In this document: positions 60,253-64,000 of the stretch, piece after piece | Numbering within the stretch: position 1 is the stretch's first letter | How the letters are laid out: the number at the start of each line of letters is the position of its first letter | Assembly: GCA_050952645.1 (NCBI GenBank) | Contig: JBMNLI010000003.1 | Span: 310 to 64,309, forward strand | DNA length: 64,000 nucleotides | Reading direction: 5' to 3' | Origin: Bdellovibrionota bacterium | GTDB lineage: Bacteria; Bdellovibrionota_C; UBA2361; CAKMMH01 | Program-made: the position numbers and the translations under genes | The notes under the pieces: model-generated | What the model was told of the DNA's origin: nothing | Seen by the model: the letters and a program-made list of their open reading frames with translations, nothing else | Databases searched by the model: none

Positions 60253-61374
60253 CTACCTATCGATATCTCCTAACATAATATCGATAGAACCTAATATGGC
60301 TATTAAATCGGCTACCATTATGTCTTTACAAATATGGCTTAATATACTTAAATTGCAAAACGAGGCTCCTCTTGCCTTTACTCTATAAGGTTTTTCAGTC
60401 CCATCGGAAACTATATAAAACCCGAGCTCCCCTCTTGGATTTTCGCATGGAATATAGCACTCGCCTTTAGGGACTTTTAATACCTTTGGAAGTTTTGCTA
60501 AGAACTCTCCACTAGGCAAATTATCGATAGCACTTTCTATAATTTTTAAACTTTCCTCTATTTCTAAAAGTCTTACGTAGTATCTGTCCCAGCAATCTCC
60601 TAAAGTGCCTTTTAACCCTTCCCCTACCGAGACATTAAAATCAAAATCGTTATAACTTAAATATGGGGCGTTTTTTCTTAAATCAAAATTTACCCCACTT
60701 CCTCTTAAACAAGGGCCAGTAAGTGCAAAAGCTATCGCATCTTCTTTATCGATAACGCCAATATTAGCAGTTCTTTTTATAAAAATTAAATTCTCCGAGA
60801 TAAGTTTATGGTATTCGGGAAGTCTTTTTCTCATAATCACTATAAACTCTTTAATAGCTTTTATAGTCTCACTATCAAGGTCGCGTGCCACTCCACCTAT
60901 TTTATTATAATTATATAAAAGTCTATTTCCTGACAAAGTTTCTAAAATTGAAATTACTTGCTCTCTCTCTCTAAAAGCGTACAAGAAAGGCGTATATGCT
61001 CCTAAGTCTAAAGTGTAAGAGCCAAAAGCTATTAAGTGTGATGCGATACGATTAAGCTCTGCTACGATTACTCTTATATAACTAGCTCGCCGAGGAAGTT
61101 CTATTTTTGCTAACGCCTCTACGCCTAAACAAAAAGCTATTTCGTTATTCATCGAAGATAAATAATCTAATCTATCTGTGTAAGCTATAACTTGGTTATA
61201 CCTTACATTTTCTGCAACTTTCTCAAAGCATCTATGCAAAAATCCTATTTTAGGATAAACCTCTTTTATAATTTCTCCATCACTTTTTACAACGATTCTA
61301 AGCACTCCATGAGTAGAAGGATGTTGAGGCCCAAAATTTACTAACATACTTTCAGTCTTTAAATTCTCGTTCAT
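60253..61374 (-). CDS. nuoD: NADH-quinone oxidoreductase subunit D
   Basis: NFGPQHPSTHGVLR, GFLHRCFEK, DRLDYLS, ENPRGELG, DIMLGDIDR. Confidence 0.97.
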   Translation of the reverse strand: MNENLKTESMLVNFGPQHPSTHGVLRIVVKSDGEIIKEVYPKIGFLHRCFEKVAENVRYNQVIAYTDRLDYLSSMNNEIAFCLGVEALAKIELPRRASYIRVIVAELNRIASHLIAFGSYTLDLGAYTPFLYAFREREQVISILETLSGNRLLYNYNKIGGVARDLDSETIKAIKEFIVIMRKRLPEYHKLISENLIFIKRTANIGVIDKEDAIAFALTGPCLRGSGVNFDLRKNAPYLSYNDFDFNVSVGEGLKGTLGDCWDRYYVRLLEIEESLKIIESAIDNLPSGEFLAKLPKVLKVPKGECYIPCENPRGELGFYIVSDGTEKPYRVKARGASFCNLSILSHICKDIMVADLIAILGSIDIMLGDIDR

Positions 61375-61384
61375 ATCTTTTTTT

Positions 61385-61909
61385 TTACCTTTTTATTCCG
61401 TGGTACTCCGCTACCATCTCGTAATCTTTTCTTAAAGGGTATCCTTCCCAATCTAGAGGAAGTAAAATTCTAGTAAGCTCTTTATGGTCTTTAAATTTTA
61501 TTCCCATTAGGTCAAAGACTTCTCTTTCTAACCAATTTGCCGATGGGTATATATCGGAAAGTGTTTCTATAGTGCACTCCTTCCCTTTACATGCTTCTTT
61601 ACACGATTCTTTACAGGGTTCTTTATGCGATTCTTGACACGTTTCTTTATACTCTTCTTTGTAAAGAAAAACTTCTAAGAGTAGCGTTTTATTTTTAGTC
61701 GTTGATAGAAAGTGATATATAACATTATAAGATTTTTCATAATCTACGCTTGAAATAAGGCTTAACATATCAAAGCCATAGTTTTTAAGTTTTAAAACTA
61801 CGCCTTTAAAATCTTCTTTCTTAACTATAATTTTATTTTGTCTATCATCTAAACCATTAACGAAATCGAAAGTATTACCTAAAATTCTTGTTAATTCTAC
61901 TTGCTCCAT
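61385..61909 (-). CDS. nuoC: NADH-quinone oxidoreductase subunit C
   Basis: [16 protein letters not shown]...RILLP...GYPLRKDY. Confidence 0.95.
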   Translation of the reverse strand: MEQVELTRILGNTFDFVNGLDDRQNKIIVKKEDFKGVVLKLKNYGFDMLSLISSVDYEKSYNVIYHFLSTTKNKTLLLEVFLYKEEYKETCQESHKEPCKESCKEACKGKECTIETLSDIYPSANWLEREVFDLMGIKFKDHKELTRILLPLDWEGYPLRKDYEMVAEYHGIKR

Positions 61910-62520
61910 ATGGCTTTTATCCTTTCTCTTATTGGGTGTTCATGTGCTATTTTTTCTTGCACTCTAAATAAGCCTTCTAAAAGAGCTTCGGGGCGTGGTG
62001 GACATCCAGGGACGTATACATCAACGGGAACTATTTTATCGATACCATTTACTACGTGATATCCATATTTGCTATAAGCTCCTCCCCCTATGGTGCAAGC
62101 GCCTAGCGCCATGACGTATTTTTTCTCTGGAATTTGTTCATATAGCCTTTTAAATCTTGGAGCCATTTTATAAGTTAAAGTGCCTGCAACTATTAAAAGA
62201 TCTGCCTGCCTTGGAGATGGTCTAAAAACTCCTGCCCCAAACCTTTCTATATCGTATTTACTAGCTCCAGTTGCCATCATCTCTATAGCACAACAAGCAA
62301 GACCAAAAGTGACTGGCCAAATAGACGAGCCTCTAGACCAATTGATAGCAGCTTCAAGGGGAACTATTATTACATTTGAAGAAAGTCCTTCTTTAAAAAG
62401 CGTTTTTAAATAATACATATACTTATTAGTATCAGAACCACTTAAGGCACTTCTTTTTAAAAGCTCTTCTGCTCCTACAAAATCTGGCTCTCTTTTTAAA
62501 AATTCATTTTCTTTTAACAT
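61897..62520 (-). CDS. nuoB: NADH-quinone oxidoreductase subunit B
   Basis: [35 protein letters not shown]. Confidence 0.97.
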   Translation of the reverse strand: MLKENEFLKREPDFVGAEELLKRSALSGSDTNKYMYYLKTLFKEGLSSNVIIVPLEAAINWSRGSSIWPVTFGLACCAIEMMATGASKYDIERFGAGVFRPSPRQADLLIVAGTLTYKMAPRFKRLYEQIPEKKYVMALGACTIGGGAYSKYGYHVVNGIDKIVPVDVYVPGCPPRPEALLEGLFRVQEKIAHEHPIRERIKAIWSK

Positions 62521-62653
62521 TATCTTTTACCTAAACTTTTATTTACCTGTATTTTTATTTACTTATTTATTTACTTATTTACTTACTTATTCAAAGTCTA
62601 CTTATTTAAAGTTTCTTTATCTATATTTTATCTATATTTTCTCCATTATTTTT

Positions 62654-63043
62654 TTATTTTGGTTTTTTAGGCTTTATCCAATCTAAGTTGCCTGCAGACC
62701 ATTCATATATAAATCCTACTAACAACAATAATAAAAAAACTAAAACTACGCTAAATGCGAAAAGCGAATTTTTATCATTTACATATTCTTTATATACTAA
62801 AACGATAGGAACTAGCAAAGCTATTTCTAAATCAAAAAGGATATACACTAGTGCTATATTAAAAAAACGACTATTTATTTTTAAATCAGTATCCCCTATG
62901 GTTGGCTCGCCACACTCGAATATTTCTTCTTTTTCTCTATTCTTTTTTCTTGGAGCTACTAAAAAACCTAAAAATAGTAAAGACAGCAAGAAAAATATTG
63001 ATATAATAATAAATATTAAGACTGCGCTAAAGTTAAGTAACAT
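62654..63043 (-). CDS. nuoA: NADH-quinone oxidoreductase subunit A
   Basis: FECG, LFDLEI, YEW...LDW; three TM segments. Confidence 0.95.
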   Translation of the reverse strand: MLLNFSAVLIFIIISIFFLLSLLFLGFLVAPRKKNREKEEIFECGEPTIGDTDLKINSRFFNIALVYILFDLEIALLVPIVLVYKEYVNDKNSLFAFSVVLVFLLLLLVGFIYEWSAGNLDWIKPKKPK

Positions 63044-63152
63044 AAAGAGTAGACCTTTTACTTTTTAAAAGACTTAAATTTTTTAGACTATATATTTTAT
63101 ATATTTTATACGTTATTTATTGTACATGATTTATTATACATACTTTTTGAAT

Positions 63153-64000
63153 ATGAAAACATACAAAAATATTACTTTAATTTCTTTTTTATTTATAACC
63201 CTTAATTTATTAGTAGCAAAAGACTTATTTTCACTCGAAAATAATAATCTTGAAAATAATAATATTGAAAATAATAATATTAAAGAGATAAGCGATAACT
63301 TGCTTATTCCTAAAGCGACTGCACTAGAAACTAACACACTAGAAACTAATACACTAGAAACCGACACACTAGAAACTAATGTGCCTCCTACGGAAACTCC
63401 CGAAGAAATACCAAGCGATATTTTAGAAAATGGCAATAATATTAAGTTAGATGCATCACCTACTAATCAAGTAAATGAAACTAATGCACAAGTAACTATT
63501 GAGGAGCTTTCAGATGAAATGCCTAGTGAGGTAATCAGCAATGTAGCTAATAGTGAAAATAATAAAAGCGATAGTAGCAATGCTAGCAACAATGCTAGCA
63601 GTAGTGATAATAGCGATGCTTTAGAAAATGGTATTTCTAAAATAGATATTTCTAATTTAACTTCGAGTGAAATAAAGGGGCTAGGACGTAAATTAAGAAC
63701 ATCGCCTAAGGAGGAACTTCAAGAAATACTTGAAGCACTAAGGGCGCTAGGCAAAAACGCAAAGCCTGCAACGAGTGAAATTTTAGCATCGATACATGAA
63801 AAAAAGACTAGTAAAGAGGCTGTAGATATTTTAATTACTATCGGCACGCCGCAAGCAATTTCAGGTTTAGCAAAATTAATTTCTAATCCTAACAAAGCTC
63901 TTAGCAACTATATTTTAGAGAACATAGTAAAATTAAAATCGAGTGCACAGTTTGCTATTGAAGAAATATTTGCTAACTTTCACGATGAAGCGCTAAAGAA
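63153..64000 (+). CDS. Exported HEAT-repeat-like protein (runs off the window end)
   Basis: Not in the ORF track because there is no stop in the window. Reads MKTYKNITLISFLFITLNLLVA..., then an acidic repeat linker (LETNT-like x4) and HEAT-like EALRALGKNAKPATSEI. Confidence 0.72.
   Translation, partial: MKTYKNITLISFLFITLNLLVAKDLFSLENNNLENNNIENNNIKEISDNLLIPKATALETNTLETNTLETDTLETNVPPTETPEEIPSDILENGNNIKLDASPTNQVNETNAQVTIEELSDEMPSEVISNVANSENNKSDSSNASNNASSSDNSDALENGISKIDISNLTSSEIKGLGRKLRTSPKEELQEILEALRALGKNAKPATSEILASIHEKKTSKEAVDILITIGTPQAISGLAKLISNPNKALSNYILENIVKLKSSAQFAIEEIFANFHDEALK

Noticed and set aside
824-63907. Many antisense or overlapping ORFs in the track (e.g. 824-1576, 8351-8806, 17213-17701, 22769-23302, 51588-52133, 63134-63436)
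   Set aside because: They are shadows of well-supported genes on the other strand or frame, with Ser/Leu/Phe-rich composition and no motifs.

Overview
A 64-kb window from a very AT-rich Gram-negative bacterium. Gene content (nuoABCD, fliL/fliH/fliI, a TadE-type pilin, tig-clpP-clpX) is loosely compatible with a deltaproteobacterial/Bdellovibrionota-like lineage, but taxonomy cannot be fixed from this window. Most of it is shuffled housekeeping: tRNA-Leu(TAG), clpX, clpP, tig, recN, rfbA, rpmE, fba, galU, pfp, an AddB-like nuclease, efp, hppA, rsmE, an ABC-F, a ThyX-like protein and nuoA-D, plus a HaeIII-like GGCC restriction-modification pair. The standout is a compact, apparently foreign operon at about 15.3-20.0 kb. 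It has a sigma70-like promoter, an unannotated 26-30 aa peptide ORF (acidic leader, C-terminal CSCCYHV) and a 19-bp stem-loop. These are followed by an RRE-radical SAM/SPASM enzyme, a TetM/TetO-like translational GTPase with remodelled domain IV loops, and a class I SAM-dependent transferase. I read it as a candidate new RiPP pathway carrying its own ribosome-protection gene; this is inference and no database search was run. Other oddities include an internally deleted, frameshifted trigger-factor paralog, a poly-G-frameshifted orphan gene, and a terminator/antiterminator leader on hppA. There is also a tandem-MoxR ATPase divergent from an annexin-like repeat protein, an orphan gene framed by a repeated GACCTTGA motif, a MITE-like repeat family, duplicated gene 3' ends and pervasive short tandem duplications.
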